A stretch of DNA of 64,000 nt from Candidatus Latescibacterota bacterium (GTDB lineage Bacteria > Latescibacterota > UBA2968): contig OZ242320.1 of assembly GCA_965208125.1 (NCBI GenBank), positions 4,224,001 through 4,288,000 on the forward strand, written 5' to 3'. A program made the translations under genes and the position numbers. Below are positions 9,558-19,957 of the stretch, piece after piece (within the stretch, counting starts at the first letter, position 1; every line of letters starts with the position of its first letter). Under the pieces are notes generated by a model. It was given only the letters and a program-made list of their open reading frames with translations. It did no database searches and was not told the origin of the DNA.

Positions 9558-10493
9558 TTAAGCGGGCCATCGCGCGGTGCCGATGGCGTAATACTTGTGT
9601 ACAAAAGGTGGTTTGGTGCGCGAAGCGTACCACAGGCGCAGGGAGCCGTCGGTTAGGCGCAAGAGCGAATGGCTGGTGGTAAAGTGCGATTCCCATGGCC
9701 GCGAAGGGTCGGGGCCAAAGATCGGATTGTGAGGGCTTTTAGTCCAGTTGAAGCCGTCTTCGCTGATGGCAAATCCGATGGAGGTTTTCATGACCTCGGG
9801 CGGATAGCTGCTATAGCTGCCGTACCACATCAGATAATAACCGTCTTCTTTAAGAACGGCTGGATAGACCAGGCGCTGGAACTCCCATTCCTGGTCCAAT
9901 TCCAACACCGGCTGGGGATGGACTTGCCACTGAAAGCCGTCGTCGCTGTGGGCGGCGCATATGGTCCAGGGGTCGGCGGTCACATCGGTGTACCACAGGC
10001 GGTAGCGGTCGTCTTCCCAAAACAGGGTGGGGGCGTAGGCGTTTTCCAATAGGGGCTCGGAGGGCGTATCCCAGCGAAGCCCGTCGTCGCTGGTCATGGC
10101 GTGCAGGGTGTGGCGTGTGTCGCCAGAGGGAAAATCGGTCGAGGAAAAAAACATACGCAGCTTGCCCGCCTCGCGCCGCAGGGAGCCGTCCGGGTGGCGC
10201 ACCAGGGTAGGGGTGAGGATGGAGTGGTCGGTCATCAGGGTGCAAACCGGGGAGGCAGGGTGTCGTGTAAAATGCAGGCCATCGTCGCTGGTGGCCAGCC
10301 CCAGAGCAAAAACCCGCAGATCTACTTCGCCGCGCGAGCCGCTGTACCACATGTAATAGCGCCCGTTTTCCAAAGCGACACAGGGAGCAAAAATGTGGGT
10401 GTCGTCAAATTGACCGGCTGCGCCCAGGGACAGACAAGGTGCATCAATGTCTCGCTCCCAGGGTTGTGGATCCAGCCATTGGTTTTTGTTCAT
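9558..10493 (-). CDS. Five-bladed beta-propeller glycosidase-like protein (GH32/43/130-like)
   Basis: Repeated YYMWY...GLATSDDGLHF blades. Confidence 0.8.
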   Translation of the reverse strand: MNKNQWLDPQPWERDIDAPCLSLGAAGQFDDTHIFAPCVALENGRYYMWYSGSRGEVDLRVFALGLATSDDGLHFTRHPASPVCTLMTDHSILTPTLVRHPDGSLRREAGKLRMFFSSTDFPSGDTRHTLHAMTSDDGLRWDTPSEPLLENAYAPTLFWEDDRYRLWYTDVTADPWTICAAHSDDGFQWQVHPQPVLELDQEWEFQRLVYPAVLKEDGYYLMWYGSYSSYPPEVMKTSIGFAISEDGFNWTKSPHNPIFGPDPSRPWESHFTTSHSLLRLTDGSLRLWYASRTKPPFVHKYYAIGTARWPA

Positions 10494-10510
10494 GATCTGT
10501 TTTCCTCATT

Positions 10511-11929
10511 TCACCTCGCCGTATAATCCCCCTCCAAAATACAGGGGAGACCATCGCGGGCCATCAGCGCAATCCTCGCCAATCCATGCTGTAAAAAACT
10601 CGGTCCCATCTGCGACTCGTACCAATCAATTCCCGACGCACCCCTCGGCAGATTGCCGTCCATATAAATGGCCATAAGCTTCTCGGCAAGGGCCATGCCC
10701 CCGTCCAGCCACCTGGTTTCTCCCGTCAGATCATATAAATCTGCCAATAGCTCCAACCCCAATCCGGCATCCATCGCCGGTACGGCAATGTCATCCGGGA
10801 AATCGGTTTCCAAATAGCTCTTTCCAACCGCGACGGCCCACTCAAAAAGCCCTTGATGGGGCCGAATGCGATGGCCACACAGGGCAAATAGTGCGGCATA
10901 ACAAGCGGGCCAGTTTCCATATACGCTGCCCCAAATCGGCATCGTTCCTTTCGCTTCGTTGGAACCCCGGTGAAAGGAATTCACATAAATACCCCGTTCC
11001 AGATCGTGGGGGGCTTTTAAAAATCCGTCGATATAAACGGCGGCCCGTTCTCTCATGCGAGTGGCCAGATCTGGTAACGCACCTGCAATCAACTCGGCGG
11101 ATTCAAGCAGGCTCACCCCCAGGGAGAGCGTCTGCCCAGGCGCATTGATTCGATAAAAATCCACATCGTCCTCGGGCGATCTGCTCTCCGTTTGCAGCAG
11201 GCCCAGGTCGTCCCGCTTCTCCCACCAGTAGTCCAGCATGGTTTCGATCTGTTGTACAAAATCCGTTCGACCCGTCTTCAAGTAAGCAAATGCCCAATCG
11301 AAAATGTAAAATCCCCCATGCCTCGGGAAATCGCAGGACCGCTCGCCCCGGGCATAGGGTCGTTTCTCATCGATATATGCATGCCGAATGTATTCCAGCG
11401 GCTCCCCTTCGGTCCAATGTCCGTTGATCCCCTCGGCAAAGCGCTCGACGCATGGCGGATTGAAGGTATACAGTTTTTCCCACAGCCAGAGCGGTGCCTG
11501 TCGCAGGTGATCGTGTGTCGTCTTGCTGGACCTTGCCCCCTCCCGCAATTGATAGCTGTCTGCCACCCGATCTTCCAATAGATGCCAGTACGCGTGTTCT
11601 CCCCAGGGGAAAATACCCGTTATTGTATCTGTACAGTGGGTTGCAAACCGCTGCAAATACCGGTCTGCCGCCTGTGCATAATCCGGGCGGTCCAGCGCCT
11701 CGGCAAGCGCGTACATCGTCTTCAGCGCCGCCTGATCGTGGATCAAATTGCTGCCCAGATGTGACCGGTCGCCGTCTCGCTGTCCCGCAATCCCCGGCGG
11801 CATTTCCGTCATCATCTGATGGGTCGATCGATCAATAATCGAGGGGAACAACCCCTCATAGATCTCTCCCAATGCGATCAGAATATCCAGCGAACGGCAC
11901 ACTTTCTCAAGCATGGTTTCGGGGTTCAT
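10511..11929 (-). CDS. Hypothetical alpha/alpha-toroid protein (lyase-like)
   Basis: Long ORF with GGAGG RBS; shares WGEH, FPxHGG and YE motifs with 46605..48167. Confidence 0.65.
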   Translation of the reverse strand: MNPETMLEKVCRSLDILIALGEIYEGLFPSIIDRSTHQMMTEMPPGIAGQRDGDRSHLGSNLIHDQAALKTMYALAEALDRPDYAQAADRYLQRFATHCTDTITGIFPWGEHAYWHLLEDRVADSYQLREGARSSKTTHDHLRQAPLWLWEKLYTFNPPCVERFAEGINGHWTEGEPLEYIRHAYIDEKRPYARGERSCDFPRHGGFYIFDWAFAYLKTGRTDFVQQIETMLDYWWEKRDDLGLLQTESRSPEDDVDFYRINAPGQTLSLGVSLLESAELIAGALPDLATRMRERAAVYIDGFLKAPHDLERGIYVNSFHRGSNEAKGTMPIWGSVYGNWPACYAALFALCGHRIRPHQGLFEWAVAVGKSYLETDFPDDIAVPAMDAGLGLELLADLYDLTGETRWLDGGMALAEKLMAIYMDGNLPRGASGIDWYESQMGPSFLQHGLARIALMARDGLPCILEGDYTAR

Positions 11930-11955
11930 CCGCGTCCTCCGATCTAAAGAAAAGA

Positions 11956-11986
11956 ATTATATATAGCCTTTTAGGGGTCAGGTCAA
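11956..11986 (-). promoter_or_regulatory. Sigma70-like promoter
   Basis: TTGACC-19 nt-TATAAT upstream of 11929. Confidence 0.5.
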
Positions 11987-12026
11987 GTGGTGTAAGGCGT
12001 GGATTGAAAGGCAGAATTGTAGAGAA

Positions 12027-12055
12027 TCCCCACTGGACAACCTATCCAGTGGGGA
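12027..12055. terminator. Perfect 11-bp stem hairpin (terminator or REP-like) after the RND gene
   Basis: TCCCCACTGGA-7 nt-TCCAGTGGGGA; only a weak U tail. Confidence 0.5.
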
Positions 12056-12087
12056 CCTGTATCCCAATTTATTCACCATTCTGTTTT

Positions 12088-15000
12088 TTAAAATCCGTCC
12101 GTCGAACGGCTCAAGCTGTACCGGGTATTTGTGACCAGAGAGACAGCATCCTCCAGAATCATATACAGACAGGGCACTAACAAAAGAATTATAGACGTCG
12201 CGAAAACAATACCAAATCCGAGAGAGATTGCCATAGGAATGAGATAATAAGCCTGACGGGATGTCTCCAAAATAATCGGTGTCAAACCACCAAATGTTGT
12301 CAATGTAGTCAAAATAATAGGCTTGAAGCGCCGAAGCCCAGCAGTATGAATTGCCTCAAAAGCCGAACTATGGGCACGCCTTTTATTTGCATAATCGATC
12401 ATAATCAGTGAGTCATTTACCACAACACCCGACAGGGCGATCACCCCCATCAAACTGATAAGCGATAAATCATAACCGAGCAAAATATGACCGATCACAG
12501 CGCCCACAATCCCAAACGGAATTGCCGCCATCACAATTAAGGGCTGGACATAGCTACCAAATGCAATGGCGAGTAACATATACACAATGGCCATCGCCAT
12601 GGCAAACCCGCCCCATAGCGCCTGCGTAGATTCACGCATCTCAGCCTGCGTCCCCTGAAACGTCCAGATTAATCCCGGATACTCAGCGCGAATTTGTGGC
12701 AACACATCGGTTTTAATCGCTTCCATAACGCGCGTCATCGCTCGCTTGGGCTCCACATCCATACTCACCGTCACCACGCGCCGACCATCTCGCCGATTAA
12801 TACTTGTAAACGCTTCGCCACGCTTAATATCTACCACATCCATCAAAGGTGCTTCTGTGCCATCAGGTGTACGCACAACAAATTCTTCGAGATGGCGAAT
12901 ATCCTTTCGCTCTGCCATTGGTAATTTCACGCGCATTTCAATTTCATTTGTACCGCGCAACTGACGCATCGCCAGTGCGCCGTAAAACGCATCGCGCAAC
13001 TGACGCCCTACCTCAACCGCCGTCAATCCCAAATTTCTGCCTTCCGGACGCAACACAAAATCAAACTGCGCTTTACCTTTGTTGTAATTGTCACTCACAT
13101 CGTGCGTCTCTTCAAACCCTTCGGCGCGCTCTAAAAATGCCCGACTGGCTTTGGCCAACACGTCAATATCCGAATGGCTCAAATCGACGCTGATATCCTG
13201 TTGCCAACCGCCCGGCCCACTCTCGGCCTCAAACGTAATCTGACTGACACCATCAATATCCCCGATGTTATCGCGCCATAGTGAGATGATCTCTCCTGTC
13301 GTCATATCGTGTTCATCGGGCGGTTTCATCACAATTTCTACATCGATAAAACTCCCCCCGCGCACATTGGTTTTAATCCCTTCGGCCACGCGATAAAGGT
13401 TGTGCGCTTCAAACATGCGATGGGTCGATTCGGTCACATCATGTGCAACCCGCGCAGCTTGGTCCCGCGTGGTCCCCACAGGCAATCGGATACCCGCCTC
13501 AATCTCATCGGCAGAAACTTCGGGCATCATAATCATACCCATATGATCGCTGTATCCATAACCGCCCACCATCATCAGCAAAGCAATAGCAGATGCAATT
13601 GTAACGTACCGATGCCGAATGCATACATCCAGAAACCTGCGATAGTGTTGGTCGATAAACCGATTGAAATGGCTGGCAATAGATCGTTGCCAGCGATGTG
13701 CAGTGCCATTTACCGGCGAAACAGCGCGTTTTGAAAGGTGCCCGAGATGCGCAGGCAAAATAAATAGCGCCTCCAAAAGAGACACGGCCAGCACAGTGAT
13801 CACAACCGCAGGCAATGGCCACCAGAATTTTCCCGTGGTGCCGGGCATAAACAAAAGCGGTAGAAAGGCCACAATCGTAGTCAAAATGCTAAACGTAACC
13901 GGCCTGGCAATATCATGTGTACCCGCAATGGCCGCCTGCATCGGGCTCATACCTTGTTCCCGATATTCATGTACATTTTCTCCCACAACAATCGCGTCAT
14001 CCACGACAATGCCGAGCACCACCAAAAATGCAAACATAGAAACCATATTGATGCTCACATCAATAGCAGGCAGAAACACCAGTCCGCCAATGAAAGAAAT
14101 GGCCATCCCCATCATCACCCAAAATGCAAGCCGAAACTCGAGGAACATCGCCAGAATAAGCAAAACAATCACGACAGCCAGCATCCCGTTTTCGATCAGC
14201 AAAAACAACCGATCTTTGTAATCCTCTGCACTGTTGCTGTCGATCCGATACTTCACACCAGGCGGCAGGGTGGTCTCAAAGTCTGCCATGATATTTTTAA
14301 CAGCCTCGGCAATCTCAAGTGGCGATTGACTCCCAATCCGATAGATATCCACACCAACTGTAAGCTGCCGATTAAACCGTTCGTGAAATCCGCCTTCTTC
14401 AAAGCCATCCGTGATCTTTGCCAGGTCCGCCAGTGTAACCCCACCACCTCCTTCTGAAGGGATAATCACAATACGACTATATTCATCGGCCCACTGCTTG
14501 CGCTCTTTCATGCGCAACAAAATTTCACCCGTACCCGTATCCACAGAACCCGCGGGAATGTCTTCACTCGACGCAACAATCACGCGTGCCACATCGCGTA
14601 GTGTAAGACCGTATTCACGCAACCTGTGCTGAGGAATTTCAATATGCGTCCTGTATTCTGGCACATTGCCAAGCTCAACCTGTGTAATGGTCGGATCGCT
14701 CAGCAATCGATCCCTTAGCTGTTCGGCCAGACTTCTCAGCGTACCGATATCTACATCGCCATACAGCCCAATATCCATCACATTGCGCTGTTGTGCCCTC
14801 AAGCTGACTTCGGGTTGTTCTATATCATCGGGAAATGTCCGAATCCGATTGACTGCCTGATCAATATCCTGAAAGGCTTTCCCCCGGTTGGTGCCAGCCA
14901 CCAGTTCGATGGTTACACTCCCACGCCCCTCGCGAGCCTGCGACGTCATTTCCATGATCCCCTGCACACCGCGCACAGCTTCTTCTATCGGCTGTAAAAT

Positions 15001-15222
15001 CCCCTGCTCCACCTCCGCAGGTGCCGCACCCGGATAGCCCACACTGACCGAGACGATATCCAGTTCATACTGTGGATAGACCTCCTTCTGAATATGAAAA
15101 GCCGTCCAGATCCCGCCCCCAACGAGGATGATCATAAACAGATTAGCCGCAATAGCATTGCGCGCCATCCAGGCAATCGGACCTCGTGCTTCTTCAAATG
15201 TATCCTGTGTGTCATTCATCAC
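12088..15222 (-). CDS. RND efflux permease (AcrB/AcrD/AcrF family)
   Basis: 1044 aa; [33 protein letters not shown]. Confidence 0.96.
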   Translation of the reverse strand: MMNDTQDTFEEARGPIAWMARNAIAANLFMIILVGGGIWTAFHIQKEVYPQYELDIVSVSVGYPGAAPAEVEQGILQPIEEAVRGVQGIMEMTSQAREGRGSVTIELVAGTNRGKAFQDIDQAVNRIRTFPDDIEQPEVSLRAQQRNVMDIGLYGDVDIGTLRSLAEQLRDRLLSDPTITQVELGNVPEYRTHIEIPQHRLREYGLTLRDVARVIVASSEDIPAGSVDTGTGEILLRMKERKQWADEYSRIVIIPSEGGGGVTLADLAKITDGFEEGGFHERFNRQLTVGVDIYRIGSQSPLEIAEAVKNIMADFETTLPPGVKYRIDSNSAEDYKDRLFLLIENGMLAVVIVLLILAMFLEFRLAFWVMMGMAISFIGGLVFLPAIDVSINMVSMFAFLVVLGIVVDDAIVVGENVHEYREQGMSPMQAAIAGTHDIARPVTFSILTTIVAFLPLLFMPGTTGKFWWPLPAVVITVLAVSLLEALFILPAHLGHLSKRAVSPVNGTAHRWQRSIASHFNRFIDQHYRRFLDVCIRHRYVTIASAIALLMMVGGYGYSDHMGMIMMPEVSADEIEAGIRLPVGTTRDQAARVAHDVTESTHRMFEAHNLYRVAEGIKTNVRGGSFIDVEIVMKPPDEHDMTTGEIISLWRDNIGDIDGVSQITFEAESGPGGWQQDISVDLSHSDIDVLAKASRAFLERAEGFEETHDVSDNYNKGKAQFDFVLRPEGRNLGLTAVEVGRQLRDAFYGALAMRQLRGTNEIEMRVKLPMAERKDIRHLEEFVVRTPDGTEAPLMDVVDIKRGEAFTSINRRDGRRVVTVSMDVEPKRAMTRVMEAIKTDVLPQIRAEYPGLIWTFQGTQAEMRESTQALWGGFAMAMAIVYMLLAIAFGSYVQPLIVMAAIPFGIVGAVIGHILLGYDLSLISLMGVIALSGVVVNDSLIMIDYANKRRAHSSAFEAIHTAGLRRFKPIILTTLTTFGGLTPIILETSRQAYYLIPMAISLGFGIVFATSIILLLVPCLYMILEDAVSLVTNTRYSLSRSTDGF

Positions 15223-16418
15223 CGGGTGTCTCCCAGGGTTTTAGGATCTTCCTTCCCAACACTTTTCACACGCAATTCTGCACCATCAGCAACTCGAGAT
15301 AAATTGGTCGTAACCACCCGATCCTTATCCTGCAACCCATCCGATATATAAGCATAGTCGGCATCTTGAAAAACGATCTCGACAGACCGAATCCGCAACA
15401 GACCGTCTTTCATCACCCAGACCGTATTGCCAGCCCGGATATAATCGCGTGCCAGACGCACCACATTGGGAATTTCTTTGGCCTCAATATACGTCTCAAC
15501 AAATGCGCCAATCATCAACGGAGACAGATGATCAGATCCATCCTGATGAGCAAGCGGATCAGAAACAGAAACCAGCACCCGCGCCATACGCGTCTTTTCT
15601 GCCAAAGCACCAATGAGTCTGTGAAGAGAGCCTGTGCGATAAGCACCTTTCTTTTCCGTCACACGATTGCGAATCTGCACCAGCGATCCCTTTTCTTCCT
15701 CGCTGTTGGGAAAAGAAAGCCACGGAATTTTGGAAAGCGGAATGGTCGTCACCACCCAGTATGTATCCAGACCAACCAGACGCCCGAGATTATCGCGTGG
15801 AGAAACCAGAGAACCCACATTGGCATTGCGACTTAAAATGTGCGCGTCAAAAGGCGCTTTAATGGTTGTTCTCTGCAATTCCAGTTCAGCCTGATTCACT
15901 GCCGCCTGCGCCGCTTCTACCCGTGCCCGAGTTGCATTGAGTTGAGGTTGGCGCAGCACAAGCGCCTCAAGCTCACCCGACAGCGTCTCATTCAGAATCT
16001 GATAATCTTTCTGCGCCACATTCTGCCGTCCCATCTCAATATTCAAATCAGCAGTGGCACGACGCAGATCGCTCTTTTTTTGCAAAAGTGCATTCTGATA
16101 ATCTGCCGGATCAATCTGCAACAGTACCTGACCCTTTTTGACAAACCCACCCGGCGTAAAAGTTGATGACAGCGAAAGTACCCGTCCACCGACTTGTGGA
16201 CTCAAGATGATATCCTGTTCTGCTTCAACCGTCCCCGTCGCCACAATCACGGGGCGATACGTACCGCGTTGCACCTCAAACACATCGACGAGCATCGCGG
16301 TTTTCTTAGTCGCCGCAACGCGAGTCGCCGTAGGCTCCGTCATAAAAATCAACGCAGTAATACCTGCACCCACAACCAGAATACAAAAACAAATAATCAG
16401 CCCTTTTTTGCTATCCAC
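15219..16418 (-). CDS. RND periplasmic adaptor (membrane fusion protein)
   Basis: N-terminal TM segment, lipoyl half-motifs [15 protein letters not shown] and IKAPFDA; 4-nt overlap with the permease. Confidence 0.95.
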   Translation of the reverse strand: MDSKKGLIICFCILVVGAGITALIFMTEPTATRVAATKKTAMLVDVFEVQRGTYRPVIVATGTVEAEQDIILSPQVGGRVLSLSSTFTPGGFVKKGQVLLQIDPADYQNALLQKKSDLRRATADLNIEMGRQNVAQKDYQILNETLSGELEALVLRQPQLNATRARVEAAQAAVNQAELELQRTTIKAPFDAHILSRNANVGSLVSPRDNLGRLVGLDTYWVVTTIPLSKIPWLSFPNSEEEKGSLVQIRNRVTEKKGAYRTGSLHRLIGALAEKTRMARVLVSVSDPLAHQDGSDHLSPLMIGAFVETYIEAKEIPNVVRLARDYIRAGNTVWVMKDGLLRIRSVEIVFQDADYAYISDGLQDKDRVVTTNLSRVADGAELRVKSVGKEDPKTLGDTR

Positions 16419-16425
16419 GTTATGC

Positions 16426-17805
16426 CTATCCGTTTATGTTATTACGAGCAATTTCAAAACCACCTGCGAGCGCCCGATAAAGCGCAATGCGGAATTCCAG
16501 CAAATCGAGTTTCGCAGAAATCAACGCTCGTCGGAGCCTCTGTTCGTTTGTCAGCGCGGTAAGCACGTCGAGATAATCGCTGATGCCATTTAAATACTCC
16601 AGCCTTAACTGATCATACGTCTGCCTCACCAGAGCGACCTGCGCTTCGAGACTCGCGATGCGTTCAACCTGTTTTTGTTCTTGAACCAATGCATTTTCCA
16701 CTTCGACAAATGCCGTCAAAACCGTCTGCCCATAAGCCGAGAGTTGCGCGCTTTTGTTGGCTTTATTGCGCTTGATTTCTGCCCCCCGTTCACCACCATC
16801 GATAACAGGTAGCAAAAGATTGCCTATCAGATTGCCTACCCAATCTTTAAACAGACCACCGCGATCATCACCCGATGCCAATGCTGTCAGACTCAAACGC
16901 GGATACCGATTGCTGATAGCAACCGCCACATCGCGATCCGCCGCCAGCAGCAGGTTATAAGCCCTTTTGACATCTGGACGTCGCTGAATCAACTCAACAG
17001 GCAAACCCGTATCCGGCAGAGGTGGCAGATCTGGCAAAGCGCGATGCGTATAGGCAATTCCATCCTGAGGGGCATAGCCCGACAAAACAGCGAGTTGGTG
17101 TTCTAACACCTCGATTCTGGATTCTGTCGCGATTTTTTGTTCGCGTGTGGATTCGATCAATTGCCTTTGTCGCAAAATATCCACACTGCGAATCTGCCCA
17201 CTGCCAAAACGCGCTCGAATCAGACTCAGCACTTGCTGATTGGTCTCGATCTGATGCTCAAAAAGTTCGCGCTGACTTTGTGCTTCCATCAACTGAAAAT
17301 AAGTACGCACGACCTCTGCTGAAAGCGACAATGCCGCAGTCTGATAATCAGCCTCAGTCGCCCGCATTCGATAACGCGCGGCATCCACACCCGAACGAAT
17401 CCGCCCCCACAGATCTATTTCGTATTCGGACGTGATGCCCAAACGGATCTGTGCATTATTTTCAGAATCGGGACGTTGAACCTCACCGCGCCCAGATACT
17501 TCCAGCGTTGGAAACCGACCAGCCCCTTCGCGATCTACAACAGCCTGTGCACTTCGCAACCGATGCCACGCCGTCTCCAAATTGAAATTGGACTGCAATG
17601 CGCGATTGACCAGGCTGTCCATACGCGCATCTCCAAAAGCGGTCCACCACCGTTCAGAAAGTGCCTGTGAGGCATGACTGGAAAAAGCTTTGGGAGGTTC
17701 AAAAGGAAGGGTAAGATTTGCAGACCTGGGCGAACACCCAAAAACAAACACGGGCCAGATCAAAAGAAACAAGCGAACATATAGCATGTGTAGGATAATT
17801 TCCAA
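16426..17805 (-). CDS. Outer membrane efflux lipoprotein (NodT/OprM-like)
   Basis: Lipobox VFGC, WWTAFGD, YEIDLWG, RRPDV, LYRALAGG; start may be ATG 17787. Confidence 0.95.
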   Translation of the reverse strand: MEIILHMLYVRLFLLIWPVFVFGCSPRSANLTLPFEPPKAFSSHASQALSERWWTAFGDARMDSLVNRALQSNFNLETAWHRLRSAQAVVDREGAGRFPTLEVSGRGEVQRPDSENNAQIRLGITSEYEIDLWGRIRSGVDAARYRMRATEADYQTAALSLSAEVVRTYFQLMEAQSQRELFEHQIETNQQVLSLIRARFGSGQIRSVDILRQRQLIESTREQKIATESRIEVLEHQLAVLSGYAPQDGIAYTHRALPDLPPLPDTGLPVELIQRRPDVKRAYNLLLAADRDVAVAISNRYPRLSLTALASGDDRGGLFKDWVGNLIGNLLLPVIDGGERGAEIKRNKANKSAQLSAYGQTVLTAFVEVENALVQEQKQVERIASLEAQVALVRQTYDQLRLEYLNGISDYLDVLTALTNEQRLRRALISAKLDLLEFRIALYRALAGGFEIARNNING

Positions 17806-17864
17806 ATGGTCACAAACATCCGTTTCAATACAAAATGACAGCCTGTAATGTAAACCGTCACAAT

Positions 17865-17893
17865 ATAATAACCAAATAGGATTATGGGATCAA
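17865..17893 (-). promoter_or_regulatory. Sigma70-like promoter of the RND operon
   Basis: TTGATC-17 nt-TATTAT. Confidence 0.55.
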
Positions 17894-17916
17894 GTAACCA
17901 CTTACTTATTTGCCAA

Positions 17917-17988
17917 TTATTTTCCAGGCGGGCAGATCGGGTCTATCTTGTCCGCTTTATCGAACTCGCCGTCGGCAACATTCTGTTT
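17917..17988 (-). pseudogene. 3' remnant of an aldo/keto reductase
   Basis: KQNVADGEFDKADKIDPICPPGK* aligns with KQNATAADGELDQATLKKIDAICPPGKSA* of 29906..30844. Confidence 0.9.
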
Positions 17989-17997
17989 GGAGCGGCC

Positions 17998-19086
17998 TTA
18001 CCTGGCCAGGCCTTGCTCGACCTTCTGCTCAAAATCGCGCATCTGATCCGCCCCATCTAACACGCCGATTTCCATGTTGAATTCGCGCACTTCGCCCGGT
18101 TCAATGTACTGCAAGGTCCCGTGCTTGCGGTTCCAGGCGCGACCAAGTACCGAGCAGTTGCCCGGTTCAATGCCGGTGACGTAGGTGCCTTTGTGGAAGT
18201 GCTGCCAGTGGTTGACGATGGGGATCTCGCTGTGCTTGAACCGCCAATACAATCCCAGGCCGAGCTTTTCGTTGAGCAGGCCGATGTAGATGCGTCCCTG
18301 GCGATCGGTGCGGGGCCGATGTACGTACACATCGTCGTGGGCGCGCGGTTGCGGTCCTTTGGCCACGGTGTAGTCCTCGGGGCCGACAAGGCGGTCCTCG
18401 GTCCACTCGGTGCTCCCGCGGCTGTGGAGGACGAGGCGCGTTCCTTCGTCGAGGAGGGGGAAGCCAGGGTTGCAGTGATACACGAACATGAGAGGTGAAC
18501 GGTCAACGGCGAGGTTTTCGATGCGGTCGCGGATGTGGATGCTCCGCTCGCCGAGTACGGTCGAAATCTCGCGCGACAGTTCTAAATTTTCAGCAAAGAC
18601 CTCGGCCTGGCGCATTTGGCCGCGGATGCGCACGACGTAATCCGAGCCCTCCCAGCCCGCCTCAATGCCGACGTTCTTCGCGGGTATGTAAGAGAGGCGA
18701 CCGTGCAGTGGCATCTCGGCGTTTTCTTCTTCGGGATCAACCTCTGGGTGGCCGACAAAGTCGAGGCCGCAAGAGGTTACCAGTCCGCCGAACCAGCCGC
18801 GTCCCCATTTGAAGCCCTCTGGCTCGTAGAAGGCCGGCCCGACGTCTCCGGGTCCGGAGCGGAAGCACAACGACTGGCCCTTGTAGTGGGCCGAGGCAAT
18901 GTCGAGGGCGCGGCCGGGCAAGACGGAAAACCCCAGGCCCGAAGCGTTGAATACGTCGATGAGGTCGGCGCCGCGCTCGAATCCTTCGCTGCGCTCGGCG
19001 CGGCGGGCGTACATGAGTTGGCTGATGTCGCCGACGCGGTTGAGCAGTTGGCGGCGAGTGAAGTTGCGGCCAAAGAGCCTGGGCAT
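17998..19086 (-). CDS. Aldose 1-epimerase-like protein (DUF4432)
   Basis: LPGRALDI, GGLVTSCGL, PLHGR, YHCNPG, TGIEPGN. Confidence 0.88.
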   Translation of the reverse strand: MPRLFGRNFTRRQLLNRVGDISQLMYARRAERSEGFERGADLIDVFNASGLGFSVLPGRALDIASAHYKGQSLCFRSGPGDVGPAFYEPEGFKWGRGWFGGLVTSCGLDFVGHPEVDPEEENAEMPLHGRLSYIPAKNVGIEAGWEGSDYVVRIRGQMRQAEVFAENLELSREISTVLGERSIHIRDRIENLAVDRSPLMFVYHCNPGFPLLDEGTRLVLHSRGSTEWTEDRLVGPEDYTVAKGPQPRAHDDVYVHRPRTDRQGRIYIGLLNEKLGLGLYWRFKHSEIPIVNHWQHFHKGTYVTGIEPGNCSVLGRAWNRKHGTLQYIEPGEVREFNMEIGVLDGADQMRDFEQKVEQGLAR

Positions 19087-19119
19087 GGGGGACCTCCTGT
19101 AGCAAATGCTGATCGGTAG

Positions 19120-19944
19120 TTAACGGACAAGGATCTGAAATTCGACCTGAACCGGTTTATGGTCGGATGGATAAACACCGTCGATATTGTAGTCCACGAC
19201 CTCATACGAGCGGACCTCAACGTCCCCTCTGAACAAAATCCAGTCGATTCCGTTGCCGCCTTCTATACTGTCTGTCAGTACGCCAGGCTCTCCCGAGCCT
19301 TTATCCCCGACAAATGTTCTATAGACATCGCTCCCCGGTCTTGCGTTGAAATCTGCCAACAGAAATACAGGGCGGGGCCTGGTCCACTCACCAAACCGGT
19401 CGAGCGCATGGACCCGCTCGACAATTAGTCTTGCACTATTCAGCCTTGCCAGAGCCATTCCCTCGCCTGGGGCCAGATGCGTGTTGAAGACATAAAACTC
19501 CTGAGTATTCTCCCAGTGCCCCCTGTAGTCCATTGGGTAGGGACTCGTTTCTCTATCTGCCGGTCTGTTGATGATCGCGAGACGGGCCCATGTGACCATA
19601 CGGGGATTGTTAGCAGGGCCGCTACCGATGACTTCCGGCGTTTCCGATAGCTGAAAACTGCCCATTTCCCTGAGTCGGAATCTATCTCGCTTGAAGAAGA
19701 TGGCCATATGCTCGTCATCATCCCCTCCCTTTCGGCCTTCTCCGATGACCACGTATTCAGGCAAATGATCCATCAGATAGTCTATCTGCTCCTTCAAGCC
19801 TTCCTGGCTACCAATGATGTCAGGACTGTGTTTGCGAATCAGTGCCACTTGCATATCGCGCCGCACTTCCCAGGGCGGCTCAAACGTGGGACTGGCATAT
19901 TTCAGGTTGTAAGTCATAAACTTGATCGTCTTCTCGTCGGTCAT
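19120..19944 (-). CDS. Endonuclease/exonuclease/phosphatase family protein
   Basis: MTYNL, QEG, NTHL, DFN, IDWI, SDH. Confidence 0.9.
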   Translation of the reverse strand: MTDEKTIKFMTYNLKYASPTFEPPWEVRRDMQVALIRKHSPDIIGSQEGLKEQIDYLMDHLPEYVVIGEGRKGGDDDEHMAIFFKRDRFRLREMGSFQLSETPEVIGSGPANNPRMVTWARLAIINRPADRETSPYPMDYRGHWENTQEFYVFNTHLAPGEGMALARLNSARLIVERVHALDRFGEWTRPRPVFLLADFNARPGSDVYRTFVGDKGSGEPGVLTDSIEGGNGIDWILFRGDVEVRSYEVVDYNIDGVYPSDHKPVQVEFQILVR

Positions 19945-19957
19945 CGGATTTCCTCAT

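Noticed and set aside
8563-9696. 377-aa alternative-frame ORF and the long 5' extension of 7228..8559
   Set aside because: They overlap the better-supported 8229..9518 gene; Arg/Gly/Ala-rich shadow frames of GC-rich DNA.
19120-19944. EEP protein as the array's nuclease or integrase
   Set aside because: It resembles the common standalone metabolic EEP phosphatase type, with no linked RT or recombinase.
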